From the NCBI GenBank assembly GCA_963727805.1, contig CAVSHF010000005.1, positions 512,001 through 576,000 on the forward strand: a stretch of DNA of 64,000 bases, in the 5' to 3' direction. Shown piece after piece: positions 9,760 to 20,044 of this stretch; position 1 is the stretch's first letter; every line of letters begins with the position of its first letter. The position numbers were made by a program, and so were the translations under genes. This DNA comes from an uncultured Nitrospiraceae bacterium (GTDB taxonomy: Bacteria; Nitrospirota; Thermodesulfovibrionia; Thermodesulfovibrionales; Dissulfurispiraceae). The notes beneath the pieces are model-generated. The model was not told the origin of the DNA. It searched no databases and was given only the letters and a program-made list of their open reading frames with translations.

Positions 9760-11574
9760 CTATCGGCTGGTAACGGCCTTGTTCAATAGCATGGCTTCTG
9801 CAATAGCGATATTTTTCTTTGCCTCGTCATAATCAGGCCTGAGTCTGAGGGCAGCCTGGAACTCCGTTATTGCATCATCAAAAAATCCCCAGCTCAGGTA
9901 GTCGTTTCCAGTGTTATAATGCGTAATCGCATAAGCGGTGTTAATCTCCTTGATGCCCTCCTCCCGGTGACCCGTCCTCAAGAGGGCCAATCCGAGATTG
10001 TTATGCGCATCAATAAATTGAGGATTCAAATTCAGGGCAATCTCATACTGTTCTATTGCCTTGTCAGTCCAGCCTTTCATCCGGTATGCATTGCCCAGAT
10101 TATTGTGGGCCAGATCATAGTCAGGTTCCAGCCTGAGAGCAATTTCATACTGTTCTATTGCACGATCATACTTTCCTTCATCGAAATATATGGGCCCGAG
10201 ATTGTTATGCGGCCGGGCCTTAAGAGGACTCTTTGCCACCACATCCTCCCATATGGTCTTTTGGCTCCCCCAAACAGTGTTCCGTGCATATGCCGCACCG
10301 GCGAGCACCACAACCACTGCAGTCAACGCTGCTGTTACAGCAGGCACTCCTCCCTTCACCACTTTCTTCCGCATAAGCAGAAAAACCACCGTAACCACCG
10401 CCATAAAAAATCCCACTGATGGCAGATACAGGCGGTGCTCGAAAATGACATCGATGATGGGGATGATGCTCGACTCCACCGAGAGCGTTACGAAAAACCA
10501 TAATATGCCGAATGAGATAAGTCTTAACGATGCCTCTCCGCCCCGCTGCGCCTTCCTCAGCAGCACTATCGCCAGCACAAAAAGCCCAAGCAGACACAAA
10601 AAAGAAAACGCCACCTGCGGCTCAAACAGTGAGTGGTATTGAGGATAGTCATAATCAAGGTTTTGACCCACAGGCAGAAACAACAACCGTATATACGTGA
10701 CAATCACCCTGAATTCCGTAATCAGATATTCCCACCGTGACAAGCTCGACTGCACCACCGTCACCTGGCTCACATCGGACAATACCTCTCCCAACGGCTT
10801 GCCCACATTCAGCATGCTCAGAGGAATGACGGCCGCTGTCGCCAGCAGCGGCAATGCCCACAACACCCTCCTCCTCATATCACCCCTGCCGAAAAAAAAC
10901 CATTCATACATCACCACTATAAGCGGCAATGTAAAAGCGATCTCTTTTGTCTTCATCGCCAGTACTGCCGACACCAGCGAAATGCCATAAAGCACATACC
11001 CCCTCCACCCTGGCCCCTCAGCAGATTCCTGAATAAGCCTGAACCGGATGTACGAACACAGCGAGGCACTGTAAAAGAGTGCTGCCAATGACGCAAGTCG
11101 TTGCACGATATACGTCACTGACTCCGTTTGAACCGGATGCACGGTAAATAAGGCTGCTGTAAAAAATGCGAGGATTCTTGAACGGGGCGCCAGTGATGAA
11201 CCCTTCATCAGGGGCGTTTTGAACGTTAGCACCACCAATCCATAGACCAGCAAGGCATTGATGATGTGTATTGCAAGATTGACTATATGGTAGCCTGTCA
11301 CATCGAAACCACCCCATGTATAGTTCAGGGCAAACGTCAGATACCCGATAAAACGATTGGGATTATAGCTGTAACCGGCAGAATTAAAAAGAAAATTACC
11401 GACATCATGGACTACATTGTTGTCTACTATTGAGGATGCGTCATCAAACACAAACGGCACATGAAAACTGTTGGAATAAGCAATGATACCTAACACTGCT
11501 ATCAGAAAGACGCTAATCAATGTCTCTTTTTGCCAGGTATGACTCTCCTCTGACGATCTGGACTTTTTACACAT
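9760..11574 (-). CDS. TMTC-like multi-pass membrane protein with C-terminal TPRs (putative protein O-glycosyltransferase)
   Basis: FVFDD, HPVQTESV, KTKE and EHRLYLP motifs followed by TPRs. Confidence 0.85.
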   Translation of the reverse strand: MCKKSRSSEESHTWQKETLISVFLIAVLGIIAYSNSFHVPFVFDDASSIVDNNVVHDVGNFLFNSAGYSYNPNRFIGYLTFALNYTWGGFDVTGYHIVNLAIHIINALLVYGLVVLTFKTPLMKGSSLAPRSRILAFFTAALFTVHPVQTESVTYIVQRLASLAALFYSASLCSYIRFRLIQESAEGPGWRGYVLYGISLVSAVLAMKTKEIAFTLPLIVVMYEWFFFGRGDMRRRVLWALPLLATAAVIPLSMLNVGKPLGEVLSDVSQVTVVQSSLSRWEYLITEFRVIVTYIRLLFLPVGQNLDYDYPQYHSLFEPQVAFSFLCLLGLFVLAIVLLRKAQRGGEASLRLISFGILWFFVTLSVESSIIPIIDVIFEHRLYLPSVGFFMAVVTVVFLLMRKKVVKGGVPAVTAALTAVVVVLAGAAYARNTVWGSQKTIWEDVVAKSPLKARPHNNLGPIYFDEGKYDRAIEQYEIALRLEPDYDLAHNNLGNAYRMKGWTDKAIEQYEIALNLNPQFIDAHNNLGLALLRTGHREEGIKEINTAYAITHYNTGNDYLSWGFFDDAITEFQAALRLRPDYDEAKKNIAIAEAMLLNKAVTSR

Positions 11575-13214
11575 GTCCTATTAGCGAGAAATTATCTCGA
11601 GCAGCTGGCGTGCATTTTCCTCGTCAGGCTTTATGGCTAGCCCCGCGGCTAGTTCCTTCCGCGCAAGGTCCATTTGCCCCATTCTATAGTAAATCACCCC
11701 GAGATTAAAATACGCCTTTGCATAATCCGGGTCCCTGCTTATTACAAACTGCGATTCGCCCACAGCCTTATTAAGCATATTAAGCGCCTGATAAACAACG
11801 CCGAGGTTGCTATGCGCTTCGACGTACTCGGGTTGGAGCTTCACCGCAATTTGGATCTCCTTCATTGCCTTGTCGTACAATCTCAGCTTCGCATATTCAG
11901 TCCCAAGGCTGTTGTACCCCCGAGCATTCATGGGACTCTTGCTCACCACATCCTCCCAGATGCTGATGCCGCTCTGCCACACCACGTTCCTTGCGTATGT
12001 TGTCCCGGTCATCGCCACGACCGCCACGGCCAATAGAGCCGCAGCAGCAGGCACTCCCTTCACCACTTTCTTCCGCATAAGCAGAAAAACCACCGTAACC
12101 ACCGCCATAAAAAATCCCACTGATGGCAGATACAGGCGGTGCTCGAAAATGACATCGATGATGGGGATGATGCTCGACTCCACCGAGAGCGTTACGAAAA
12201 ACCATAATATGCCGAATGAGATAAGTCTTAACGATGCCTCTCCGCCCCGCTGCGCCTTCCTCAGCAGCACTATCGCCAGCACAAAAAGCCCAAGCAGACA
12301 CAAAAAAGAAAACGCCACCTGCGGCTCAAACAGTGAGTGGTATTGAGGATAGTCATAATCAAGGTTTTGACCCACAGGCAGAAACAACAACCGTATATAC
12401 GTGACAATCACCCTGAATTCCGTAATCAGATATTCCCACCGTGACAAGCTCGACTGCACCACCGTCACCTGGCTCACATCGGACAATACCTCTCCCAACG
12501 GCTTGCCCACATTCAGCATGCTCAGAGGAATGACGGCCGCTGTCGCCAGCAGCGGCAATGCCCACAACACCCTCCTCCTCATATCACCCCTGCCGAAAAA
12601 AAACCATTCATACATCACCACTATAAGCGGCAATGTAAAAGCGATCTCTTTTGTCTTCATCGCCAGTACTGCCGACACCAGCGAAATGCCATAAAGCACA
12701 TACCCCCTCCACCCTGGCCCCTCAGCAGATTCCTGAATAAGCCTGAACCGGATGTACGAACACAGCGAGGCACTGTAAAAGAGTGCTGCCAATGACGCAA
12801 GTCGTTGCACGATATACGTCACTGACTCCGTTTGAACCGGATGCACGGTAAATAAGGCTGCTGTAAAAAATGCGAGGATTCTTGAACGGGGCGCCAGTGA
12901 TGAACCCTTCATCAGGGGCGTTTTGAACGTTAGCACCACCAATCCATAGACCAGCAAGGCATTGATGATGTGTATTGCAAGATTGACTATATGGTAGCCT
13001 GTCACATCGAAACCACCCCATGTATAGTTCAGGGCAAACGTCAGATACCCGATAAAACGATTGGGATTATAGCTGTAACCGGCAGAATTAAAAAGAAAAT
13101 TACCGACATCATGGACTACATTGTTGTCTACTATTGAGGATGCGTCATCAAACACAAACGGCACATGAAAACTGTTGGAATAAGCAATGATACCTAACAC
13201 TGCTATCAGAAAGA
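10350..13214. repeat. About 1.16 kb direct repeat (10350-11510 and 12054-13214)
   Basis: Constant 1704-bp offset; identical translations in several frames of the ORF track. Confidence 0.95.
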
Positions 13215-13287
13215 TATCTCTCCACCATATTTTCTTTTCAGTATTGTCCGCACTGATCACTGCCGCCTCTTTTGCGTTCTTAGACAT
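11581..13287 (-). CDS. TMTC-like membrane/TPR protein, paralog
   Basis: Same membrane domain as the adjacent gene, different TPR tail. Confidence 0.85.
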   Translation of the reverse strand: MSKNAKEAAVISADNTEKKIWWRDIFLIAVLGIIAYSNSFHVPFVFDDASSIVDNNVVHDVGNFLFNSAGYSYNPNRFIGYLTFALNYTWGGFDVTGYHIVNLAIHIINALLVYGLVVLTFKTPLMKGSSLAPRSRILAFFTAALFTVHPVQTESVTYIVQRLASLAALFYSASLCSYIRFRLIQESAEGPGWRGYVLYGISLVSAVLAMKTKEIAFTLPLIVVMYEWFFFGRGDMRRRVLWALPLLATAAVIPLSMLNVGKPLGEVLSDVSQVTVVQSSLSRWEYLITEFRVIVTYIRLLFLPVGQNLDYDYPQYHSLFEPQVAFSFLCLLGLFVLAIVLLRKAQRGGEASLRLISFGILWFFVTLSVESSIIPIIDVIFEHRLYLPSVGFFMAVVTVVFLLMRKKVVKGVPAAAALLAVAVVAMTGTTYARNVVWQSGISIWEDVVSKSPMNARGYNSLGTEYAKLRLYDKAMKEIQIAVKLQPEYVEAHSNLGVVYQALNMLNKAVGESQFVISRDPDYAKAYFNLGVIYYRMGQMDLARKELAAGLAIKPDEENARQLLEIISR

Positions 13288-13314
13288 GCCTTCAAAAACC
13301 TATCTTGATAGAGC

Positions 13315-13690
13315 TTACTCCAGACCGAATTTCTTTGTCTGATACCTAAAAGAATTATAACATCTCTTGAACAGTTTGAAGACAAGAGTTTTATTGTGAT
13401 TGGCCTCTCGAGGGGCAATCACAATAAGTCTTTTGTCGAGATCATCGAGTGAGACCCGTTTTTGGGCAGCGCAAATCCATTGTTTGAAACAGTGCCGGGA
13501 GCAACTTTCTCTCCGATAAGCTAGATGAGCAATGCACCGGGAGGATTTGTTCGGCATTTTCAAGCCCCGCAATGATTTCAACGATTTTTTAAAGCTCGCG
13601 CACATTTCCAGCCAGATATACGCAGCCATAATGGAAAGGGCTTCAGGAGAAAAACCTTGGATCATTTTTTGTTATATTAGGCAGTCGAAC
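13315..13690 (-). pseudogene. Degenerate copy of the 3' end of the sigma-54 regulator gene
   Basis: MIQGFSPE...SLDDLDKRLI...RYQTKKFGLE versus MILGFSPE...SLDDLEKKLI...RYQIKKFGLE at 16473-16830. Confidence 0.85.
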
Positions 13691-13844
13691 CGAATGCAGC
13701 AATAATCACACTACCGGAAGTGGCTAAAAATAATATGCCTTATCAAGCGTCCCTGCGTCCAGAGGAAAAAAGATGGGACTGGGTCTTCGGCAACTGAAGA
13801 CTTGATCCTGATACTCATTCTCCTTCTCCTTGACTGAGATAACC

Positions 13845-14320
13845 CTAAAAAGTTTTATTCGAGGCTGCATTTCTTGATTTGATCGCGAAGACTATCGTGA
13901 CTGGTATCCAGCAATTTTGCTGCAGCTGTCTTGTTCCCACCTGTCTCTTCAATGCCTGAATAGTAAGTTTCTTCTCCAGTTCCTCAAGGTCGATGACTCC
14001 ATCAGGAAGGAGAAATTCTTCGGAAATGGCCACCGCAGTTGACTGCTAGATGATCTTTTGGGGGAGATGCTCAGACAACATCATACCGGACCGGTGCTCT
14101 CAAGCACTATAATCCGTTCTATCGTGTACCTGAGTTCCCACACATACCCAGCCACCGGTAAGAACCCATGAGACTTTCCGCTTCCCAGAACAACCCGAAA
14201 TCATGGTTTTATTGTACTTTGCCGAAAGCCTGGAGAGAAAGCGTCTTGCTAGCCGGGGATGTCCTCCCTTCTATCTTTCAGAGAGGGCAAATACATTGAA
14301 AAGGTGTTAAATCTACAAAA
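13845..14320 (-). pseudogene. Second degenerate copy of the 3' end of the sigma-54 regulator gene
   Basis: EFLLPDGVIDLEELEKKLTIQAL; DNA is collinear with about 16473-16940, with frameshifts. Confidence 0.8.
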
Positions 14321-14425
14321 TATAGAACTTCCTACTGTTGTGGAGGGCACATCATCTTTCCCCCACCCTTTTTGAATGGCGCAACGCCGTATAATTCGCA
14401 AAATAATCGATAAACTTATCTGTGT

Positions 14426-14887
14426 CTAGCGCTCGTTTTTTATCCGCTGAACCTGAATGAGTCCGATACCCTTATCCGCCAGTATCTTCTTAAATTCCGT
14501 AATCAGCGTTTGCACATCAGATGATTCAGGAGAAGTCGATTGGCCGTCTGAATAAATAGAATACTGATAACCCACAATATCGTTTCCATCTGGCGCGATG
14601 CCGTATGCTTTTTGGATCAGAAATTTATACGTCGGCCAATCAAGAAGAGGTTTTGTATTGAACGTATATCCTTTTTCTCTGCCACTCAATCTGGAGATAA
14701 TACCGCTGGGAAAACAGTTTTGAATTGCCACAGCGGCTGCATCCAAAATATCCAGCTCTTTTGCAATAACAAGCTCATAGTTGTTCGTCTCGCTTTCACT
14801 CACTATAGGACTAAATGAAGGGCTGCATGAAAATAAATAAAGACATAAAAAGACAACCACAGCCCTCAAATAATAACCTTGTCGCAT
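14426..14887 (-). CDS. Hypothetical lipoprotein
   Basis: Signal peptide ending LFSC; GGAGGA RBS. Confidence 0.7.
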   Translation of the reverse strand: MRQGYYLRAVVVFLCLYLFSCSPSFSPIVSESETNNYELVIAKELDILDAAAVAIQNCFPSGIISRLSGREKGYTFNTKPLLDWPTYKFLIQKAYGIAPDGNDIVGYQYSIYSDGQSTSPESSDVQTLITEFKKILADKGIGLIQVQRIKNER

Positions 14888-14899
14888 AGCTTGCTCCTC

Positions 14900-15319
14900 C
14901 TAGAAGAACGGTGGCACACTAACCCTATCGCCTGAAACAACATTATCCAACTCTTCGATATCTGGATGATCTTCCGTCCAGTTTCAATGCGCCTCTTTTC
15001 TGAAAATTCATGCTAGTTTATTTTTTGAGTTGGAAAGCTTGAATTTCCATATCATTGTCATAAGATCCGCGTGTTTATCCGGCTTAAGACTAACAACATC
15101 CCCTTGAACGGAGTAGGTCCCCTTCACATTGACTGCTGTCTTCGTCATGTCCCATATTATGCTTCCATGAAATGACTTGTCCTTAAGAAATTCAATTGTC
15201 TACGCCCCACTTATCTTCTACCATCGGCCGACCTGTGCTTCTTCAGGCTTCGAGGCACAGGCCATGAGTAACAAAGCAAACACTATGACACAAGAAAATG
15301 TTCGGATTGATCGTATCAT
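14900..15319 (-). pseudogene. Interrupted lipoprotein gene
   Basis: MIRSIRTFSCVIVFALLLMACASKPEEAQVGRW*KISGA*TIEFLKDK...; RBS upstream; two in-frame TAG and later TGA stops. Confidence 0.6.
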
Positions 15320-15930
15320 TGTTGATCTAACTCTCCTCAGTTCTTCAACCTTTTCATCACTCTTATTACTTATTCTAACCTTTCCATGCTTAGCAGACTA
15401 AATCTGCTCATGCAAGGTGCATGAGTCCACAAATAAAAAAGCACCTCGACCAAACTTCTCCAGCCAGGAATTCCAAACGCCAAGGAGGCGCTTATGAAGA
15501 AAGGATAACGGATAACGAAGAGAAAAACAATGGATAAAACAGAGTGTTCCCATGAATAAGATCAAATCCCTCAGTCCCTGAATCACCCTTCTGTCGAACA
15601 ATATATTATCACATGTATCTATAGTTGTCATCCGCAAATGCGATAGAATATGATTTTTTCTTTTTATCTTCAAACATGATAGTCTTCGTCACCCGGTGTT
15701 TAGAAAATTATTGCATCTAAACAGCAGCATGTAAAGATCACTTTTTGTGTAAAAAAAATAAGCAATCAGTCAAAAGGTTTTTCCCCTTTCTCCTTATTGT
15801 GGCCAATTTAAACAGCGTTATGCCCACTTATCGCCGCAAATTCACCATATCCAGAACCCATTGCAACGGCGGCCAGACTGCTTCATCTTTAAAATCAATG
15901 CTGTGTTAGCAATAAATTTTCCCCTGCATA

Positions 15931-15946
15931 TGGCATATAAATTGCA
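15931..15946 (+). promoter_or_regulatory. Sigma-54 promoter (-24/-12)
   Basis: TGGCATATAAATTGCA fits TGGCAC-N5-TTGCA. Confidence 0.7.
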
Positions 15947-15958
15947 AATTAAACGCTC

Positions 15959-16333
15959 ATGAAGAGAATATTGGTCGTCGATGATAATGACTTGATCGTT
16001 TATAGTCTTAGAAAAACGTTTTCCCATTGCCATGCGGAAGTCTGTGTCGCCTGCGACGATCACGATGTATTAGATAAGATCTCATCGCATTCGTATGACC
16101 TCTGCCTTATCGACATCCAGCTCCCCGATATAGATGGCGTCACTATCATGAAACATATAAAAACCTTCTCTCCCTCCACGAAGATAGCGGTCATGTCAGT
16201 ACCGCCTATCAGTGCTGATTCAAAGACGTTCGTAGATACGCAGGAGATCCCAATGATTGCTAAGCCTTTCAATCTGTCTGAAATGAAGACGCTCCTGCAT
16301 GGGCTGCTCGATGAGAAACCCCATACTCTTTGA
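15959..16333 (+). CDS. Single-domain response regulator
   Basis: ILVVDD, DIQLPDIDG and KPF motifs. Confidence 0.9.
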   Translation: MKRILVVDDNDLIVYSLRKTFSHCHAEVCVACDDHDVLDKISSHSYDLCLIDIQLPDIDGVTIMKHIKTFSPSTKIAVMSVPPISADSKTFVDTQEIPMIAKPFNLSEMKTLLHGLLDEKPHTL

Positions 16334-16472
16334 TCGCCGAAACGCTGCATCAAGATGATGCAGCGAATAACGGCAGGCACATGCCGCCAATACAAATATT
16401 ATTAGTCTTATATTCTGGGAAACTAACTGTGAAGTTTCAGAAGCCGAGATCGGATCGCCGCGCTGAAGGCAC

Positions 16473-17846
16473 TTATTCAAGACCAAATTTCTTTATCTGG
16501 TAACGAAGACTGTCATAACTCAAGCCAAGAAGTTTTGCCGCTAGGGTCTTATTACCTCCTGCCTTTGTCAGGGCCTGCATGATAAGTTTTTTCTCGAGAT
16601 CATCGAGGCTTATACCCTGATCTGGAATAACAAATTCGCCGGCCGGCGGAGTTTCGGTAGTCACTTGCATCGCTATTTCTTTTGGGAGATGCTCCGGCAT
16701 TATGACTTCCGTGCTTTCAAGCACGACGAGACGTTCTATCATATTCCTCAATTCCCGGATATTTCCAGGCCACTGGTAAGAAACCATAAGCCTTTCTACC
16801 TCTGGAGAAAACCCCAAAATCATCGTTTTGTTGTACTTTGCTGCAAGGCGGCCCAGGAAGTGTCGTGCCAATAAGGGGATATCCTCGGTTCTCTCCCTCA
16901 AGGCTGGTATATGAAGTGAAAAAGCATTTAACCGATAAAAAAGGTCGAGCCGAAAATCCCCTTTATCGACCGCCTCCTGAAGGTCGCGGTTCGTGGTCGC
17001 AATAACTACGACGTCGATCAGGAGTTCGTCCTTGGCGCCGATGCGGCGCACCGTCCTCTCCTCTAGGACTCTCAACAGCTTGCTTTGCAGAGCAGTTTTC
17101 ATCTCACCGATTTCATCAAGAAGTATCGATCCCCTGTCGGCAAGCTCGAAAAGTCCCCTCTTGTCTGCTTTTGCGTCTGTAAACGCCCCCTTTTCATACC
17201 CGAAGAGCTCACTCTCAAGGAGGGTCTCAGGCAACGCAGCGCAATTGACGCGTATAAATGGAGAGAATTCCTCTCCGTTCATATGGCGATGTATATATCT
17301 GGCGAGGAGTTCTTTCCCCGTTCCGCTCTCGCCGGTGACAAGGATAGTAGGGACGCGGGAATCGATAAGCTTACAGGCCTTTGCCTTCAATTCCTGTATG
17401 CCTTTTGAGTTACCTATAATCTCCTTCTCATACAATGCATAGTTGACCTTTCTAAGATAATCGACTTCATGTCTGAGCTGGACTTTTTCCTTGATATTCT
17501 TAATGACGATCTTCACTTCGTCCATATTGAAGGGTTTGGTGAAGTAGTCTGCAGCGCCGAGTTTCATCGCTTTGACTGCAGTCTCGGCGGTGTCATCCGC
17601 AGTCAGCATGACAACTTCGGCGTCGAGCTTCGCCTTGATTTCCTCAAGAATATCTATGCCGCTGCGCCCCGGAAGATTGATGTCGAGCATGACAATATCA
17701 GGAGACCGAGAGCGAATCTTATTTATGACATCGTCGGTACCGGCATCAGAATGGACTTCATACCCTTCGTTCTTCAGGGCCCTCGAAAGCATGGATACGA
17801 TCAAGTCATCGTCATCGACAAGAAAGATCTTTCCCTTGCTCTTCAT
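16473..17846 (-). CDS. Sigma-54-dependent response regulator (NtrC/AtoC family)
   Basis: REC domain, GESGTGKE, GAFTDA, WPGNIREL and Fis-type HTH. Confidence 0.95.
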   Translation of the reverse strand: MKSKGKIFLVDDDDLIVSMLSRALKNEGYEVHSDAGTDDVINKIRSRSPDIVMLDINLPGRSGIDILEEIKAKLDAEVVMLTADDTAETAVKAMKLGAADYFTKPFNMDEVKIVIKNIKEKVQLRHEVDYLRKVNYALYEKEIIGNSKGIQELKAKACKLIDSRVPTILVTGESGTGKELLARYIHRHMNGEEFSPFIRVNCAALPETLLESELFGYEKGAFTDAKADKRGLFELADRGSILLDEIGEMKTALQSKLLRVLEERTVRRIGAKDELLIDVVVIATTNRDLQEAVDKGDFRLDLFYRLNAFSLHIPALRERTEDIPLLARHFLGRLAAKYNKTMILGFSPEVERLMVSYQWPGNIRELRNMIERLVVLESTEVIMPEHLPKEIAMQVTTETPPAGEFVIPDQGISLDDLEKKLIMQALTKAGGNKTLAAKLLGLSYDSLRYQIKKFGLE

Positions 17847-20044
17847 GTTACATTCTCCTTACGCCGCTTGACAGGAATGTTGATGATAAAAGTAGTGCCG
17901 CGGTCGGGCACGCTCTTTACCGTTAGCGCACCTCCATGCTCTTCTATAAGTCGTTTCGAAATCGGCAGTCCGAGCCCGGTTCCTCTGGCTTTAGTAGTAA
18001 AAAAAGGTTGGAATATCTTATCCATCGCATCAGTCCCAATCCCTTTACCCGTATCGGCAATCTCGATAATGATTGATGGGGTCTCTTCATCGTACCGCGT
18101 TGTTAAACGCAGCGTGCCGCCATCTCTCATTGCGTCGACAGCGTTCAGAATCAGATTAAGAAACACCTGCTTTACTTGCATGGGATCCGCCATCGTGGCA
18201 GGCAGACCGGTATCCAATTCCCTGACGACATTTATGCCCTGCTCTGATAGCACCCCCTTGCCCACAGAAAGCTCCAGGGTTGCATCAAGTATTTTGTTGA
18301 TGTCTATTATGCTGAACTGTGGTTTGGGAGGTCGCGCAAAGTTGAGAAGGTCCTTTAATAGTAGTTCGATCCTGCGAATCTCCCTGACAACCTTGCTTAA
18401 GACTTCCCGGTCCTCCTCCGAGCAGATGGCTTCTTCATAGAGCACTTCCATAGAAGACTTTATACCTGCGAGAGGATTCTTTATCTCGTGGGCGAGGCCA
18501 ACGGCTATTTCGCCTACCTCCTTCATCCGTTCGGCCCGCTGCAGCATTATCTCGGCATTCCTCCGCTCAGTGACATCGCGTGTTACCGATATGATACACT
18601 GTTTCCCCTCATAGTCGATTATCTCCGAAGACCTTAGCATCGTTAGGATGGCACCGGATCGTGTCCTGAAATGGACCTCCATGTTTCGTAACGATCCCTC
18701 CTTCCGAAGCGTCTTCACCATTTCTTTACGCTCATCAGAGTCCGTCCAGATGCCAAGTTCCTTCGCAGTACGGCCAATAACCTCTTCTTTACGGTAACCA
18801 CTCATGCGTTCAAAGGTATCGTTGACTTCTATATAACGGCCGTCATCGAGCGTGCTAATTGTGATCCAATCAGGGCTGGCCTGGAAGGCCTTTGAGAACT
18901 TTGATTCGGATAGGCTCAACGCCTCTTCCGCTTTCTTGCGCTCGGTGATATCCCGGTCGTAGGCGAGAATATATTTATGTCCATCAAGCTCAATCATCCC
19001 CGCAGTGATCTCAACGGGGAAAACGGTACCGTCCTTTTTCAGATGCGTTATTTCTTCCTTTACACTTTCTCCTCTGAGCATCTTCGCTATACGCTCCCCC
19101 ACTCCTCTGGCCGCCTCCGGAGTGTCGACAGCACTGATATTCACACCTACTATATCCTCTATCGCATACCCATGCATGTCGGCAGCCGACCTGTTTGCAG
19201 CGATGATGCGTCCTCTGTCCCCCTCTTCCGCATCAATGATGAAAATTGCATCACCGGCACTCTCAAAGAGTATGCGGTAGCGCTTTTCGCTCTCCTCCAA
19301 TTTCTTAATGTGGCCCGCCAGAGAACCAGCCATTTGATTTATGGAAGTCCCAAGCTCTTCGAATTCGTCCCGCAATCCTTCAATCCGGTGGCCCAGATTA
19401 CCTCCCTTCAGTTTCCTTGTTGCATCAAGCAGTACATTGATCGGTCGTGTAAACCCTCTGATGAAGACATAGGCTAGCAAAAGGGCGAGAAGCGGTCCCA
19501 CCGCAACAAGCACATAAAGGATATTCCTTGAATGATCGATGCGCAGAAGCGAGGTCTGGGTTCTCTTTTCAAGATTGGCCGTAGCCAGCGCAATCATGTT
19601 GTTGACCTTATCAACCAATTCCTCTCCTATTTTGTAGGCATTTTCTTCCTCCTCATCCAATCTTGTGATGTTTGCCCTCATCGTCAGCAACCTGCTTATG
19701 GATTGTTTATACAATTCAATCTGTCGTTCCATATCGTGGAGCCTGTTCTCGACCTCTTCGGTATGATGACAGGAAAAGCATGTCTGGGATATCTGCTCCA
19801 TATTGCGCACATTATTTACCACAGTATCGACGCTCCTGGCATAACGGGTGTTTTTAAGATTGAGGTCGGCCTGAACCTTCTTGATCTCCAAAAGAAGATG
19901 CTCCCGCAGGATCTCAACCTGATGGAGCATGATAAGTCTGTCGAGCATCGTTGTTGACTGAGTAATCGTAAATGCTATATACAGGCCTCCCAGAAAAAAG
20001 ATCACCGCGAAGATACTCAGCCCTATGACGATTCGTTTCTTCAT
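17843..20044 (-). CDS. Sensor histidine kinase (periplasmic CxxCH, HAMP, two PAS)
   Basis: CFSCH between two TM helices; HEIKNPL, NAVDA and GTGLGL motifs. Confidence 0.93.
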   Translation of the reverse strand: MKKRIVIGLSIFAVIFFLGGLYIAFTITQSTTMLDRLIMLHQVEILREHLLLEIKKVQADLNLKNTRYARSVDTVVNNVRNMEQISQTCFSCHHTEEVENRLHDMERQIELYKQSISRLLTMRANITRLDEEEENAYKIGEELVDKVNNMIALATANLEKRTQTSLLRIDHSRNILYVLVAVGPLLALLLAYVFIRGFTRPINVLLDATRKLKGGNLGHRIEGLRDEFEELGTSINQMAGSLAGHIKKLEESEKRYRILFESAGDAIFIIDAEEGDRGRIIAANRSAADMHGYAIEDIVGVNISAVDTPEAARGVGERIAKMLRGESVKEEITHLKKDGTVFPVEITAGMIELDGHKYILAYDRDITERKKAEEALSLSESKFSKAFQASPDWITISTLDDGRYIEVNDTFERMSGYRKEEVIGRTAKELGIWTDSDERKEMVKTLRKEGSLRNMEVHFRTRSGAILTMLRSSEIIDYEGKQCIISVTRDVTERRNAEIMLQRAERMKEVGEIAVGLAHEIKNPLAGIKSSMEVLYEEAICSEEDREVLSKVVREIRRIELLLKDLLNFARPPKPQFSIIDINKILDATLELSVGKGVLSEQGINVVRELDTGLPATMADPMQVKQVFLNLILNAVDAMRDGGTLRLTTRYDEETPSIIIEIADTGKGIGTDAMDKIFQPFFTTKARGTGLGLPISKRLIEEHGGALTVKSVPDRGTTFIINIPVKRRKENVT

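Noticed and set aside
10350..13214. Duplication as a DGR template/variable repeat pair
   Set aside because: The copies look identical rather than adenine-varied, and no reverse transcriptase is present in the window.
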